Of a stretch of DNA of 64,000 nt, positions 1 to 13,089 are shown piece after piece. The notes under the pieces were generated by a model. That model was not told the DNA's origin. It was given only the letters and a program-made list of their open reading frames with translations, and ran no database searches. How positions within the stretch are numbered: position 1 is the first letter of the stretch; each line of letters begins with the position of its first letter. Position numbers and translations under genes: made by a program. Source of the stretch: Camelus dromedarius (lineage: Eukaryota); the NCBI RefSeq assembly GCF_036321535.1, contig NC_087437.1, positions 78,122,001 to 78,186,000 of the forward strand. Direction: 5' to 3'.

Positions 1-466
1 CAGGTACTTTTCAAACTGCTTCATCTATGCTGGTACTTGGAGCCTTTGTGTTTGTGCATCAACCCTTTACAGGTGGAGTCTTAGTTTCCTACAACCCTCC
101 AGTTCTTCCAGGTGTAATCCATGCTGATTTTCAAAGCCAAATGGTATAGGGACTCATCTTCCTGGGGCTGGTCTCTAGGGTGCCAAACGTGGGCTTCAGA
201 CCTCTCACTTCTTAGGAAACACCTCATGTTTTTGAAAGCCTGTCCTGCTTGTGGGTCACTGTGGTGGGGGTGTGGGTCCTGACTAGATTGCATCTCTATC
301 CCTCCTACCTGTCTCAATGAATTTTTTTCTTTATATTTTTAATTGTGGAAGAGCTGTTCTGCTAGTATTTGGGTCTTTTTCAGAGAGAGTTGTTTTATAT
401 GTAGTTGTATTTTTTGTTTGTCTATAGGAGGAGGTGAGCTTAGGATCTTCCCACTTCACCATCTTG
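1..466 (-). mobile_element. LINE-1 5'UTR/5' terminus (Laurasiatherian L1), runs off the window start
   Basis: The reverse complement reads caagatggtgaagtgggaagatcctaagctcacctcctcc...caaaaaatacaactacatataaaacaactctctctgaaaa, matching the recalled L1 5' end (caagatggcggagtaggaagatcctgagctcacctcctccc). Confidence 0.8.
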
Positions 467-483
467 ATTCCATCTTTGGATAC

Positions 484-560
484 AATTTTTTCATTCATTC
501 ACCAGTTGAAGAACATTTGGATGTGTTCCATATCTTGTTGATTGTGAAAAAAGTTGCTGA
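484..560 (-). mobile_element. Old L1 3' region fragment
   Basis: ttcattcattcaccagttgaagaacatttggatgtgttcca resembles the antisense L1M 3' motif ttcatccattcaccagttgatggacatttgggttgtttcca. Confidence 0.6.
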
Positions 561-561
561 A

Positions 562-1921
562 AGTGTGTTGTGTTAACAAATATCTAAAAATATGAAAGTC
601 TCTTTGGAACTGGGTGACAGGTAGAGGCTGGAAGAGTTTTAAAGTGCATGATAGAAAAAACCAAGATTTCCTTGGAGGGAGTGCCAGTAGAAATGTGGAT
701 GTTAAAGGTGATTCTGGTGACAGCTTAGAAAGGAAACAGGTGAACTACAGAGAAAACCTCTGTTGTCTTAGAGAATACCTATATTATCAGCAATAGAATT
801 TTGGTAGAAATGTTAAAATTTTTTTTGGTAAGGTCTCAGAGAGAAATGAGAAACATTATTGAAAACTGGGAAACTGGAGGAAAGGCAATCTTTTTAGTAA
901 AGTGGCAAGGAACTTGGCTGAATTGTGTTTCAGTGTTTTTTGGAAAGTAGAAATTACATACAGCGAAATTGAATATTTACCTAAGGAAATTTCTAAGCAA
1001 CATTTTGAAGGAGTGGGTTTGTTTCTCCTTACCATTTTTGTAAAATATGAGCAGAGAGAGATAAGTTGAAAACATTGTTAAATAGAAAGAAACCAGAACT
1101 TGAAAATTTGGAGTATTCTCAACCTATCCACGTTACAAAAAATGAGATAGTGTGTTCTGAAGAGAAGAGCTAAGAGTGTGGTTAAACAGCAGTTTGATTG
1201 GGAGGAAATCATTACTGTGACTCATGGATTTAATCAGCCATGTCAACCAAAGCCAGGAATGGAGATGGGATTATACCAGCAGAGACACTTTCAGCTTTAA
1301 CTACAGGGAATAGAGAAAGGAAATTAAGTAAAGGGAGTCTGTCCACTGTCAGACTTCTTGGATTCTTCAGGACAAAGTCAATGGAAGTATTCAGCTGCAA
1401 ATATACTTTATCCTTCAAGAAAAGTGAATAATGACCTGAAAGTTAATTCACAGATCATCAAGGTTGCCACTCTCACCACAGATACAGGAAGCAAGGTTGA
1501 TTCCTCTTCGGTTTCAGAGGGTAGAGCCCCCATCTCTGTTTCAGCTGGACAGGAAGCCATCACGGAGGGCTGATGCATGTGTTTACACAGAGGACCAAGG
1601 GGTTGGGGATGCCCTAGTGAACCAAAGGAGTGATGGGAGTGATGCTGCTACTCCAGTGCCTTGGGAGGTACAGCATCAAACCAAAGATGATTATTCTCAA
1701 GCCTTAAGATTTAATGAAATTTGACTTGCTAGGTTTGAACTTGCATAGAACCCGCCACCCCTTCTTCTGATTCCTTTCTTTTGGAATTAAAATGTCTGTC
1801 TTACGCCTGTATTTCGGAAGCATAAGAGCTTGTCTGGTTTTACAGGTCTACAACTGCAGTGTAATTTTGCCTCGGGATGAGTTGTACCTCTCTTCTCACC
1901 CATATCTGATTTGGATGAGAC
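562..1921 (+). mobile_element. ERVL-MaLR internal sequence (MLT1-int-like), no flanking LTRs seen
   Basis: Contains MaLR-int hallmarks: tttggaactgggtgacaggtagaggctggaagag, gaggaaaggcaatc...gtggcaaggaacttggctgaattgtg, ggaaatttctaagcaa, and an end resembling gatttggatgagact. Confidence 0.8.
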
Positions 1922-1959
1922 TGTTAGTTAAATTACTGTTGCTTGTTGCTAGGTACTGG

Positions 1960-2845
1960 GATTACCTTTGGGTCAGGGTTTTCCTGTCTTTTTTTCCTGA
2001 TTCAGCCTCATGCTTACAGGGGCACTGTATATTTTGGCTTTGGGAACATGATTTTCTCAGCATTCCAAGTCCTCATTTCAATGACTTTCAAACACTGTCT
2101 TATATTTGTGTTTCATTTTGATGAAAGTTTCCTCCTCTTCAGCTGGCAACAAGAGATTACTATTTGATATCAATATCGGGTTCTGGGTCTGTGATGGTTT
2201 CTCGCCATCTTGTTTTCCTGCTATCTTCTAGAGTAATGAGTTTGTTTTTTATCTTTCCCCCAGCTGCAAGGTCTTTGCCTGTGTTCTGTGTGTAACAGAC
2301 TTTGCTGCTCTTCCATTAGTAGACTGAAATCTGCTGTTTCTTGGGAGAGAAAGGTCTAGAGAAATATGCGGTGTTTAATTACAGCTTCCTCCCAGCCCCA
2401 GTTAATCTCTTCATGCTTGCATCACTTACTCTCGGCTCATGTCCTGCCCCAAATCTTTCTTGTCCCACTTGGTAGAGACCTATGAGAAAGTTATGCAGAT
2501 CTGTGGAGACTTCTCTTTCATGCAGGACTGAGCTACTTCAAACTGACAAACTTGCCTACTCTTGGACTGCAGCAGTTAAATAAAATTTTGGCCACTTTTT
2601 CTCACCTGTTTAAATGGTGGTTTGTGTCTTTATTCTGTGCTCTGCCACAGATAGGGCAGTTTTTGTAGCTTGTTTCTCCTTAGAGAGTCTTGTCTCTCTT
2701 TGGAATTTACCTGTTTAACAGGGGCAGTATGACTTTTGCGCCCTGATTGGTTCAAGAAATTGTGATTCTGTGTTTTTTCAGTTTTTATATTTGTTGTGGA
2801 GGTGGAAGTGACATTCTTTGCACCTTTTTACATCTAAGCCAAGAG
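1960..2845 (-). mobile_element. Ancient L1 (L1M4/L1ME-type) 5' region
   Basis: Ends in ttgttgtggaggtggaagtgacattctttgcacctttttacatc, like antisense ancient L1 5' termini; resembles the segment at 13700-13940. Confidence 0.55.
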
Positions 2846-3299
2846 CTAGTTTTATTTCTCTTATTTCTTAACTTATTATTGGGTGCAGATTCATTTGCCA
2901 GAAGCTAAACCGCATAGGGAAATTGTGGAAATAATAAAGGTAAAGAATTTATTTCTTCAAGTATTTACTAATGTGATATAATAAAAACTTTTATTTAAGG
3001 AAGTCTACTATATACAGATATAAAATCATATTAGTAATTATGACCACACAATTAGATAAGTGATAATAGCTCTACATTATAGATAATTGCATTTATAGGC
3101 AGGTTAAATTATTTTCTTATAGCTGGTTGATGTTGGATCTTAAATCTGAATCCAGTGACAGAGTTAAAATTTCAGCTTACATCTTTATAACTTGGAAGTG
3201 TGTGCTTTTTTCCTGCCATGAGACCACTGTGTTTCCAGAAATGGAAATGTGTGAACATGCTTCTGTTTATGCCAAAACATATACATGTACAAAGTGAGT

Positions 3300-4130
3300 G
3301 CTGGAGCCAAGAAGAAGTGGGGATTTCAGGGCGGCAGGATGTAGTGTGTACAGTATAATTTGGTGGGTATAAGACTGAAGATGAAGAATGGTACCAGATT
3401 GTGAAAAGCTTTGATGGCAAACTAAGGTTATAATAGGAAAACATTGGAAAATTTCAAGACAAAGGATGATGAAATCAATTTAATAGTCAGCCGTATGTTG
3501 GTGGGATTGGTCGAAATGATGAATAAGTCATGTTCATTGACTGGAGAACTGGGGAATTAATTACTAACAGTCCTTGGAATACTCCAGGTAAGTCCTAAGC
3601 TAAAGGAAATGCAGAGGCACTGAAGAGAGAGCTAAAGTTACATAGGCTTTTCTCAGGTAAAAATGTAGACAACTTTTTGGATAATTCACTGAGACAAGAA
3701 GAAAGAGGGAGTTATTAAAACTTGGGGATCACTTACAACGTAAGGGCTAGGGTAACAGCATTAACTGAGATAGCATATTTAGTATTCAGTGGTACCAAAA
3801 TGAAGATAACTTGTAGATGGCATTGTGGGCTCAATAAAAGGCAGTAGAGATCTCTGAATATATTCATAGAATAGAATCAGCATATATTTATTGCTTGCCT
3901 ATTAAGTGCAGAGAAACATTTCAAGGTAGTTTGAAAGATGAAAATCTGTTCCCCCTCCACAACTGTACCCACCAAGTATACAACTGAGTTGGGGAGTTGA
4001 CAGGAACGTGTGATTAAAAGCAATACTGGGAAACAATAGAGATGATTTTCCAAGGCGGTGAATGATTAATTGCTTAACGATTTACAAGATTTAAAAGGAG
4101 AGAGGTTAATTAGCGGTGACCAGGAAGAAA
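3300..4130 (-). mobile_element. Degenerate L2 fragments
   Basis: Purine-rich L2 antisense phrasing (cagattgtgaaaagctttgatggcaaactaagg; catatatttattgcttgcctattaagtgc). Confidence 0.45.
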
Positions 4131-6469
4131 AGTAATAGAAGGTAGAGGAATTATATAGGATGTCAGCTCTCCTCAGGGGAAAAGCAAAGACAGGCACTAA
4201 CTCTTGGGTGTTTTGGACTTTTTTTCTGTGTGGTTGTGTAATGAAGATTGAATTTTAAAATGCTGGAAGTTTAAAACTGCCACTTTTAGGTTTGCAGACA
4301 GTTCCAGTGATTGGGGATAGAAATTGGACCCTGTATTTTTTTTCATTGACTAGGGAACTTGCTTCTCTCGTTTGCTCTTTTACTCATGCATATATAAAGC
4401 AAATATCTACCCTCTCCTTATAGTGTAACCTTGAAGAAGAGAAGTAATCAAAATGCAGCTGCTTCCAACCAAATGTGTTCTGTTTAATGATAGAAGTTAG
4501 GTTTATCTTATGCAAAACTGTGTCCCTGCTGAGATAGAGAAATGAATTTTTTTCTTGAATCTGGATGTATGCTATCCCATGGCTGAAAACTATTATTTGT
4601 CCTTGGGAGATAGTGTTCTTTTATATCCAAACATTTACTTGCATTTATTGGAAGAACAGATCACTCCAGGAAGGAAGTATGTATCTGATAGTGGCTTCAT
4701 CCCATAATAGAAGAAAAGCTGTTAGCGGGACTGAGGCTGTCGCAGTCCAACTTGTGCTGCCTTATTATGTGCTCCCATATGCAGTGCTATTTAATATTTT
4801 AAAAGCCAGATACATATGATTGTCTTGATTCCCAGATCCTATCTTGTAGGTGGGAATGGGAATTTCCCTGTAAAAGAATTAGAAACTCCCTCTCTTGAGA
4901 ACTGCTAAATTCTGGGGTAAGAAATACTGAAGTCTTGGATTGGAGCAAAATTCCTTTTTGTCTCCAGGATGGAAGCAGAGTTGCACTGTGACACTAAAGT
5001 AGGGAGATAACTTCGGTAAAGTCTGAACTGGTTTTTCCTGTGTCAGTTTACTGAGAGCTAGACTGGGACATAAACTATCCTCTCAGCTCACTTTTCTTCA
5101 TCCTTTAGTGAAATTATTTTGAAAATATTATGGCTTGATCCAGGGTATGCTTTGAGGAATGAGAAAACCCAGCTCATTAACAATGCTTACATTGTGTGAG
5201 TGAAGGAGCTTCAGGAAGGCACTTACTAGTAGCAGATTTGGGGAACATCTGTGGTCCAAAATGAAAGTGATGAGCAGGAGGAATTTGAGGCCCATATGTG
5301 CATGCTTTCTTGGCTCAGAAATTTAAAGGTTCTCAGAAATAGAGGGCAGAACTTAGTAAAAGAATGGGCTTCCTGAAGACTGTGTGATGTGGCCTCTATG
5401 ACTGAGCACTGACAGAAAATCAGAAGTCAGTGACGTCTAGAATATGGTTACAGCAAAATGTAAAGCTTTATTACAATTGGCCAAAGGTTCAGGAAACTCT
5501 TTTGCCACCTAAGGGGCATTTTACATGAAACCGTATTGCAATCAGTTTTTCTTACTCACAAGCATCTCTTAAAATGGAGTGTGCTCAATAAACCGTATGA
5601 GATTTTTTGTAATTATTAAGGTTCATGCAACCGAGCAATTAATTTCAGCTCACTTCCATTTTTAAAAATGAGAAGGCAGCACATAAAAACAGACTATGGA
5701 AATGAAACAAAATACTTGAATAAATTGAAATGTTGGAACCCAGTATTTTTCAGAACCTGAAGTACGTATTCTTCAGGTACTCAGGGGCTTTTGTAGATGA
5801 ACCTGATACTAATATTGGTCTCAATGGGACCACTGCAGGTGTTTGCTTTAGTGCTTCAAGAGACCAGGTCTGTGTAGAATTGATTTAATTAATATTCTAC
5901 ATCAGAGTAAACAGCATTGGAAATGAAAGATTGGTGGAGGGTGGGGTGAATCACTGAATTGCTCTAACCCTCTGAATGGATCAAGTGTACAAGGATTATT
6001 ATGGTGCTTGAAAGAGGTTCATCTCAGCCTTCCTTGTTTAGTGATAATTCAGGCTGCAGTGTTTTGATATGTATTATTCAGACGCTTTTTTATCTCTCCT
6101 GACTTACAGCCTGCTATCTGCCAGTGTCTAACCTACAGCTCTTGTTTGTCAAGCAACCTCTTTGTAACTCAGTTTTCCTTGATTCAAAATGATGTAAATA
6201 TGGCTTTACCGTGGCATTAAGAAATAATGAAACGGTATTCTTTCTATGCCACAAACTTGTTTCAACAGCAGGGAAATTCTTGACTATAAAGTTACCAATA
6301 GTCTTTTTCCCTCTTACATCAATTAATCAGACTATATGAAAACAAACATAAAATAAAAAAACATTAAACTCATATTTTTATTATCCATTAACATTAGCAG
6401 ATGTGTAGAAATGTATCTAAATTAAATGAATGTTTAAAAACCAAACACAGTATTAATTAATTAATTAAC

Positions 6470-7760
6470 TAGTCAGTAAGTAATTAAGTAACTAAATAAG
6501 TAAGTAACATTGAGTTGACTATTCTCCACGCGCTGTGTTGAGCCTTGGGGATATAATGGTAAACAAATGGTGATTGATCTTACAGTTTAATGGAAAAGAC
6601 AAACATTGAACTAGAAATTAGAAGTGTAATGTGCTTGAAAAGTTGAAGTACAGGATAAAATGGAAACTTAACACAATAGGGTAAACCTAGTATGAGAGCT
6701 CATTTAAGGATCCTCTGGTGAAAATGTAGAGTATTTGCAGGCAGAGAAGACATCATGGATAAAAGCCCTAATATGAGAGGGGTGGGGATAGGAGTAATTT
6801 CAAGAACCTAAAGTAAAAACAAACTTGTTGTATTTTTAGAAATAGTGGCATATAATATTTGCTACTATAATATTTGTTGCTATAAATATATATATTGAAT
6901 TTTAATAAAATATTTATATATAATGTATGTAGAGGGAGAGGATGTTGGAGAAAGAATTTATAAATGCAGAGGCTTCTATATGAGGGTAGGATGATTTTGG
7001 TCTTCATCTTATTTATTCATTTATCATTTATTCAGGAAGACATTGAAAAATTTTTTAAAGATGAGTTACATGATCCAGTTTACATTTCAAAGTATCTTTC
7101 TGGATACAATGTGAAAAAAATATTAGAAAGGAGTAAGAGACTCATCAGGAGAAATGACAGTGGCTCAGACTAACACGGGGGAAAGGGAAAGGAGAGAAAG
7201 AATTAGCAGGTGGACTTGAAAGTCCTTGGTGATTGATTAGATGGCACGTGTGGGTAAAGCGAGATTCTATGAGGACTCCTAGATTTATTGTTTGTATAAG
7301 TTGGCAGATAGTGGTGTTAATTACTAATATAGAAAACACTGAGATCAGATTTTGTAGTTGTTGGAATTTTTTAAAAATTATTTTTACTTTTTGAGAGGGT
7401 AATACATTTAGGGCCTTTAGTTATGCGTGTGGAGATAATGATTTTGAGTTTGTATAGATATTGCTCTGGAGTTGAGTGGGGAGGAATTAGCTTCAGGTAC
7501 AGTTTTATGGGTTATTTGCTTAATAAATCGATTTGTTATGGGAAAATGTATAGAGTGATAAGATAAAAATGTCTAGGAGTGAACCTAAATGACACTAATA
7601 TTTGGGTCCCCTGGGAAAGAAAATCTAGCACAGGAGACTGGGAATGAGAAGCTTGGAAGAACACCTCAAGAATAGCTCTGTTGAGAGAAGAAAGCTCTTT
7701 GAGAAGGTCAGGTAGTCGGTACATTGGAGCACTGACAAAATAATGCCATGTATAAATGCA
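6470..7760 (-). mobile_element. L2 LINE (3' end plus body)
   Basis: Tail-like taagtaa repeats, then cattgagttgactattctccacgcgctgtgttgagccttggggatataatggtaaacaa and typical L2 body (ggacttgaaagtccttggtgattgattagatg...gagattctatgaggactcctag). Confidence 0.7.
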
Positions 7761-8198
7761 CACATTCCTAGTAAAACCACACTAATTAGAACTATTAGTG
7801 GACATCAAGGTTGAGTGAATTGCTAACGACTATCCTTTTCCATATTTACCCAGACTTTTTATATCTACATTTTTGGACACCCTGGACCCCTAGCATCCAA
7901 TCGATAGCCATATCTACTTCCCCAATATCTATTGCATTTCTGCCCTCACTGTTACTTCACCATCTCCATACTAATCCAGAACTTTACTATGATTTTCTAA
8001 GACCTTCTCACCTAGTTCACTTATGTCTCATCACCCTTTGCTTTAATGCATCCTGTGTACTAAAGGATTAGTTTTTCTAATTTGTAATTCTAATTTTACC
8101 ACTGTCCTCATAAATCTTCAATGGCTCATTTTCTGCTCAATTTATGATAAATTTCTATATGACAGGGTATAAGGATACATAATAAATTATAAAGTTTT

Positions 8199-8348
8199 TT
8201 TATTGAGGTGTAGTTGGTTTACAATGCTGTGTCAACTTCTGGTGTACAGCATAATGATTCAGATATTCTTTCCCTATTATTTAAAATTATAAGCTATAAG
8301 ATCTGTATTATAAGGTATTGAATATACTAACCCTGTGCTATACAGTTT
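8199..8348 (-). mobile_element. 5'-truncated artiodactyl/camelid L1 3' end with 14-bp TSD
   Basis: tttattgaggtgtagttggtttacaatgctgtgtcaacttctggtgtacagc; flanked by the direct repeat aattataaagtttt at 8185-8198 and 8349-8362. Confidence 0.85.
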
Positions 8349-9514
8349 AATTATAAAGTTTTCATCCCTCTCTTCTACCACACTCTAAGAAAAGTGAGTT
8401 TTGCTTGCTGAATGTCATTTGGAAGCTATTTTTTCTTCAGTTTATACAATGATGATTATAAGTAACAAAAAATATAAAGACGCAAGAAATGTTAATCCCT
8501 CTATATGTACACTGAATAAGAGAAGGCAGGATAAAGAGCTGATGTGTATGTTTGCTTTAGAAAGAGTGATTTGGAAAGTTGAAAAAAAAGAAGAAAGATA
8601 TTTGAGGGATACTGTAGTGTATGTATAAATGGAAAATGAAAGAAAGAGGGAGAAGGGAAAGGAATTTTAGTTCTGTTTTTTTTCAGTCAGATTCATTTTG
8701 ATATTCTTCAAGCAAATTCAGTAAATATTTGAATTAATTTTTAATTAGGCAACTGTGAATATGTTAATCTGTAAATATGGCTGATGCTTTCTCTTCTAGC
8801 TTAAACCCCACCTTTTCCCCAGAAACCATAAATGGCAGCCACCTAGGAATTTCTACTCACCTGATATGCCCAATGATTTCTCATACCCATATATTTGCTC
8901 TTGGTTTTCATCTCTGGAACATCTTCTCCCAACAGTTCTGTAGAATTCCTACTAGATTTTCAATGATATCAAAATGACATTGTCTCCATAAAAGATTTCT
9001 TTAAGTGCACAGTTGCGTCTTATCTCCATTTTTCAGGATAGCTCATGGAATTTGATTTTTTTTTTTCTTGTGGACTTGACCTTACCCTGAACTGTATTAC
9101 ATAGTTGTTTTGTGTATGTGTGCTCTTAATCCTCCCTAACACATTAAGAACATTAAGAAAAGAGACTATTTCTTAGTCTCATTTGTATTTTCTGTCGTGA
9201 TTAGTACAATGACCTAAAAAATTCACTGTCATAAACAAATAAAAATATAAAATATGCCATGTTATAAGCAATTTAATACAAGATACTAACATTCATTAAA
9301 ATTTTGCTAATACTACTTTAGTAGTATTTTATAGGCTATCTTTAATTAACAGATAAAACAGATTTGACTGTATAGAAATCACATGCATAAATGAAAGTAT
9401 ACTGCCTATTAAGTTTATATCTATGTTCATATTCTGATAGAATACACAAAGTCTCTGATCAGAGAGCAGATAGTTTACTACTTAATGCTTAAACAGAAGA
9501 CAGAGTTGCATCTT

Positions 9515-9666
9515 TAAAAAAATTAAAAAAGAGTGTTTTTGGGGTTTTTTTTGGGGGGTGGGTAATTAAGTTTATTTATTTTTAATGGAGGTACTGGGGA
9601 TTGAACCCAGGATCTCATGCATACTAAGCACACACTCTTCCACTGAGCTGTGCCTTCTTCCCCAAC
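9515..9666 (-). mobile_element. tRNA-derived SINE, vic-1-like (camelid)
   Basis: Minus strand reads ggggaagaaggcacagctcagtggaagagtgtgtgcttagtatgcatgagatcctgggttcaatccccagtacctccattaaaaataaataaacttaattacc, with A-box (cagctcagtgg), B-box (ggttcaatccc) and A-rich tail; TSD agttgcatctt at 9504-9514 and 9667-9677. Confidence 0.85.
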
Positions 9667-10039
9667 AGTTGCATCTTATATTGGTTCCCTGAGCCATAAT
9701 ACCCACAGATGACATGGCAAGATCTTTTCTATTACATTTTTTTAAATGGCATTACTGGTGCAAGAGAATGCTGTTTTTAAAGTTAATCTTATATCTAGCA
9801 GTACTGATGAATTCTGTTGTTAGAAAATCTGAAGTTTGGTTTTCTATGTAGATGACTGCAGATTATAACAAGCTTGTGTACTTCTTTTCAAATATCATGC
9901 CACTTACTATTTTTTCTTATTTTTACTGTTTCTTTCACTTAGTTCTTTCAGTTTGATTTGAGCTTTCATAGTGGGCATCCTTGACCAGTTTATGAATTTC
10001 AATTAATAGAAATGCTTCCAAAAATTGTAAGCGTTAACG

Positions 10040-11700
10040 ACTGAGCCTGAGAATGTTTTCTGTGCTTGGCTGTACTGGGAACAACATATAGAGAATTTCT
10101 GTTCTTGGGAAGCTTATCTTCTAGTAAAGGAGCCAAATAATAAGTGGTAAACCTAACAAATTACTACATTATGGGGTATGCAAGGGAATTATACATAAAT
10201 TTTAAAAAGACAAATGTGGTACAGAAAGAAAAACTGGGAGTGGGGGCTGGGAGCAAGTGGCAGTATTAAATAAAGTGGCAGGGTAGGCCTTATTAAGAAT
10301 CTGAGATTTGAGCAAATACTTGAAGCAGACGAGGTGGCTGCTGCAGTAGAGGGCCAGGGGATGCATATTCATGAGCCACTTGAGCACAGATGCTCAAGGG
10401 GTGTGCCTGGAACATGGGAGGATGGGTAAGATGGCCCTTTTGCCTGGTAGGAGAAGAGCGGTAGGATTTCAGACCATTAAGGTAAGAAGTGGGGTAGATC
10501 ATGAGTGGGTGGGCCATTGTAAGAACTTACCTTTGCTCTAAGTGAGATGGGAAACCATGGGGAAAAATTGTGGTGAGAAATAAGATGATTTGCCATAAGC
10601 TTTAAAAGAGTCTCTCTTGCTGCTGTGTTGAGAGTAGACTGTAAGAGGTGAAGGCAGGAGTAGTTGGGAAGCTACAGAGTAGCCCAACAAAGGGATTCCT
10701 GCTAGGTTGGTAGCAGTGAATGTGGCTGGAAGTAGTAAGATTCCAGATGTAGTTTGAAGGAATAGCCGACAGAATTTGCTGATTGATTTTATGTGTTATG
10801 TCAGAGAAGAATGAACCAAAGTTCTTTCTCTCCCTCTCTCTCTTTTTTTTTTTTTTTTGTATGAGTAACTGAAAAGTTGGGATTGACATCAACTGTGATG
10901 GTAAAGGCTGCTCATAGAGTAAGCCTCTGGCATGAAGCTGGGGAGACCATGAGTTCAATTTTCTACCTGCTGAGTTTGGGGTCTTTTAGATTTTAAAGTG
11001 GAGATGCCTAGTAGGCAAATGGATTTTGGAATTAGAATTGGGAGTGAGATCTATCTATAATGCATAAATCAGGGAGTTTTCAGCATATAGACAGCATTTA
11101 AATCCACAGGCTTGATGAGATTACCAAAGGAGTGAGCATGAGAGAGAAGAAAAGAGGACCTAGAAGTGAGCCCTACATTACTACAACATTAAGTAATTGG
11201 GGAGACAAGGAAGAACCTAAAAAGGATTAAAAAAAAAAAAAACCCAATAAAGTAAGAAGGGAAAAGTGAAAGAGGTTAGAGTCTTGGAAACCAGGGGGCA
11301 AAGATAATTTACCAAGGACTAGGAATATCTGCTGTACGAAATGTCGCAGATTGGGCAGATAAGACTGGGACTGAGAACTGACCTTAGAATATAGCTATGC
11401 AGAAGTCATTAGTAACCTTAACAATGCAGTTTCATTGAGGTAATGGAGGTGAGCAATTCCCCGAAGTGGATTTAAAAGCTAATAATAGAAGATGAATTGG
11501 AGCCATTAATATGGCAACGCTTATAAGAGTTTTGCTGCAAAGAGGAGCAAGAAATGGGAGAGTAGCTAGCAGGAATAGTGAAGTCAACAATTTGTATGGT
11601 GTTAGGAATTACCCAGCAGAAAGCACAAACTTGATGTAAAGTGGGTGGAGCCATGCTGGAGCTGTATCACTAAATGGGTGAGAAGGGGTGGGTTCTAGTA
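10040..11700 (-). mobile_element. L2 LINE, about 1.6 kb
   Basis: Continuous L2 antisense phrasing, e.g. aagagtctctcttgctgctgtgttgagagtagactgtaag, gtggagatgcctagtaggcaaatggat, ggactgagaactgaccttagaatatagctatgcagaagtcattagtaacctt. Confidence 0.8.
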
Positions 11701-11744
11701 CGCTTACTGGATATCCAGGTACTCTCTGAGTGCCCTGCCTGTGT

Positions 11745-11870
11745 CGGCTCAATTTATCCTCATATATTCCTATGAGGTAGTTATTAATGTCCCCTTTTCC
11801 CCAAGGTCACAATTAGTTAGTGGTGGAGCTGGGGTGTGAACCCAAGCAGATTTCCTTCAGCTCCTGAACA
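11745..11870 (-). mobile_element. MIR SINE fragment
   Basis: tttatcctcatatattcctatgaggtagttatt...cccaaggtcacaattagttagtggtggagctggggtgtgaacccaagcag matches the MIR core. Confidence 0.75.
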
Positions 11871-12884
11871 GTTTAACTCTGACATCTGATTTCCTGTCCT
11901 GTAGGCAGGACTTCAGCCCCTGTTACCCTGTAGGAGCTGGCTTCCTGTCTGCCACTGCCTATTTCTGAACTGGAGCCCAGCGTGCCTGTGCATGGTTCAC
12001 TTTGACTCAGTGTAATTTTGTTATATTTCTTCTTGACAGAGATAGTTGTGATAGTTTTAAGCTGTGTTTTTCTTTTAGGATTTTCTTTTGATATTTATTC
12101 ATCATTGCTTTTTGCTTGGCATAGAAGGATATAACAATGAATTGACTTACTGTGCCCCAAAGCTATTTATTTAAGAAGAATCATAATGTCATTTACTAAA
12201 CAATTTAGGAGATACTATTAATTCAATTCTAAATTTTTATTCCATGTATTTGAATTTGTTGGCAAACTCCCTTATATTCTCATCTTAGCTTGGAACATCT
12301 TCTATCATTTTTTTTATGCTTCCATATTTCCTTTTTTGTTTTTCACTTTTAATGTTTTGCTCCATTCTAACAAAATTTGCCTAACTTTTCTTATGGTTAA
12401 TGTCAGCTTTTTAATCTTTAGAGAATGCCCTTTGTTTTCTGAGCTGACAATCTATGCTCCAACACCTTATTCAACATTTTGTTCAAGAAATAACTGTCTA
12501 GGAATTCTCCCTGGATTCACTCCCTATACCACTCACATCACGTCTTTCATTTTTTATAGTAGACTGTTCTCTACTGACTGACAAATTGAATTGTAGCTAT
12601 TCTCGAGATATGTTCGGTTTTTTATATCCCATCAGTAAGTTTTAGTTTCTTAGAAGGCTGTAATCTGGACTTGTGCATTTTTTAAAAAGCATATTCTTTC
12701 TTGGCAATGATAATTGTGTTTTAGGTAATAATTTCTACTCAAAAATGTATGTTAATAACTTAATCTCAATCTGTAATGGGGAGGAAAATTATAACAGAAA
12801 TCAAAATGAGAGGTGAAGTCTTTTCCTTATAAGGAAGTGGCAGATTCAAGGGGAAATTAAATACCTATTACTGCATAATTTCAG

Positions 12885-13020
12885 TTATTCATTCATTCAT
12901 TCAACACATATTTTCCCCTGAGATCTAGGTTCTAGGCACTGTCCCAGGCACTGTTCTAACAACTTGAACATCACTGTTGAACAAAACAAATGTCAGCAGT
13001 GCCAGGTTGAAAAAGTGTGC
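12885..13020 (-). mobile_element. L2 3' tail followed by a MER20-like hAT end
   Basis: (cattc)n aacacatatttt...ggcactgttcta, then aaatgtcagcagtgccaggttgaaaaa. Confidence 0.55.
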
Positions 13021-13089
13021 TCTAGTCTTTACAATACAGATCTTGAATTCATAAGAGTCTACTTTCAAATATTAGCACAATGAACATTA

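Noticed and set aside
9590..9663. Apparent tRNA gene
   Set aside because: Degenerate cloverleaf plus A-rich tail and TSD indicate a SINE.
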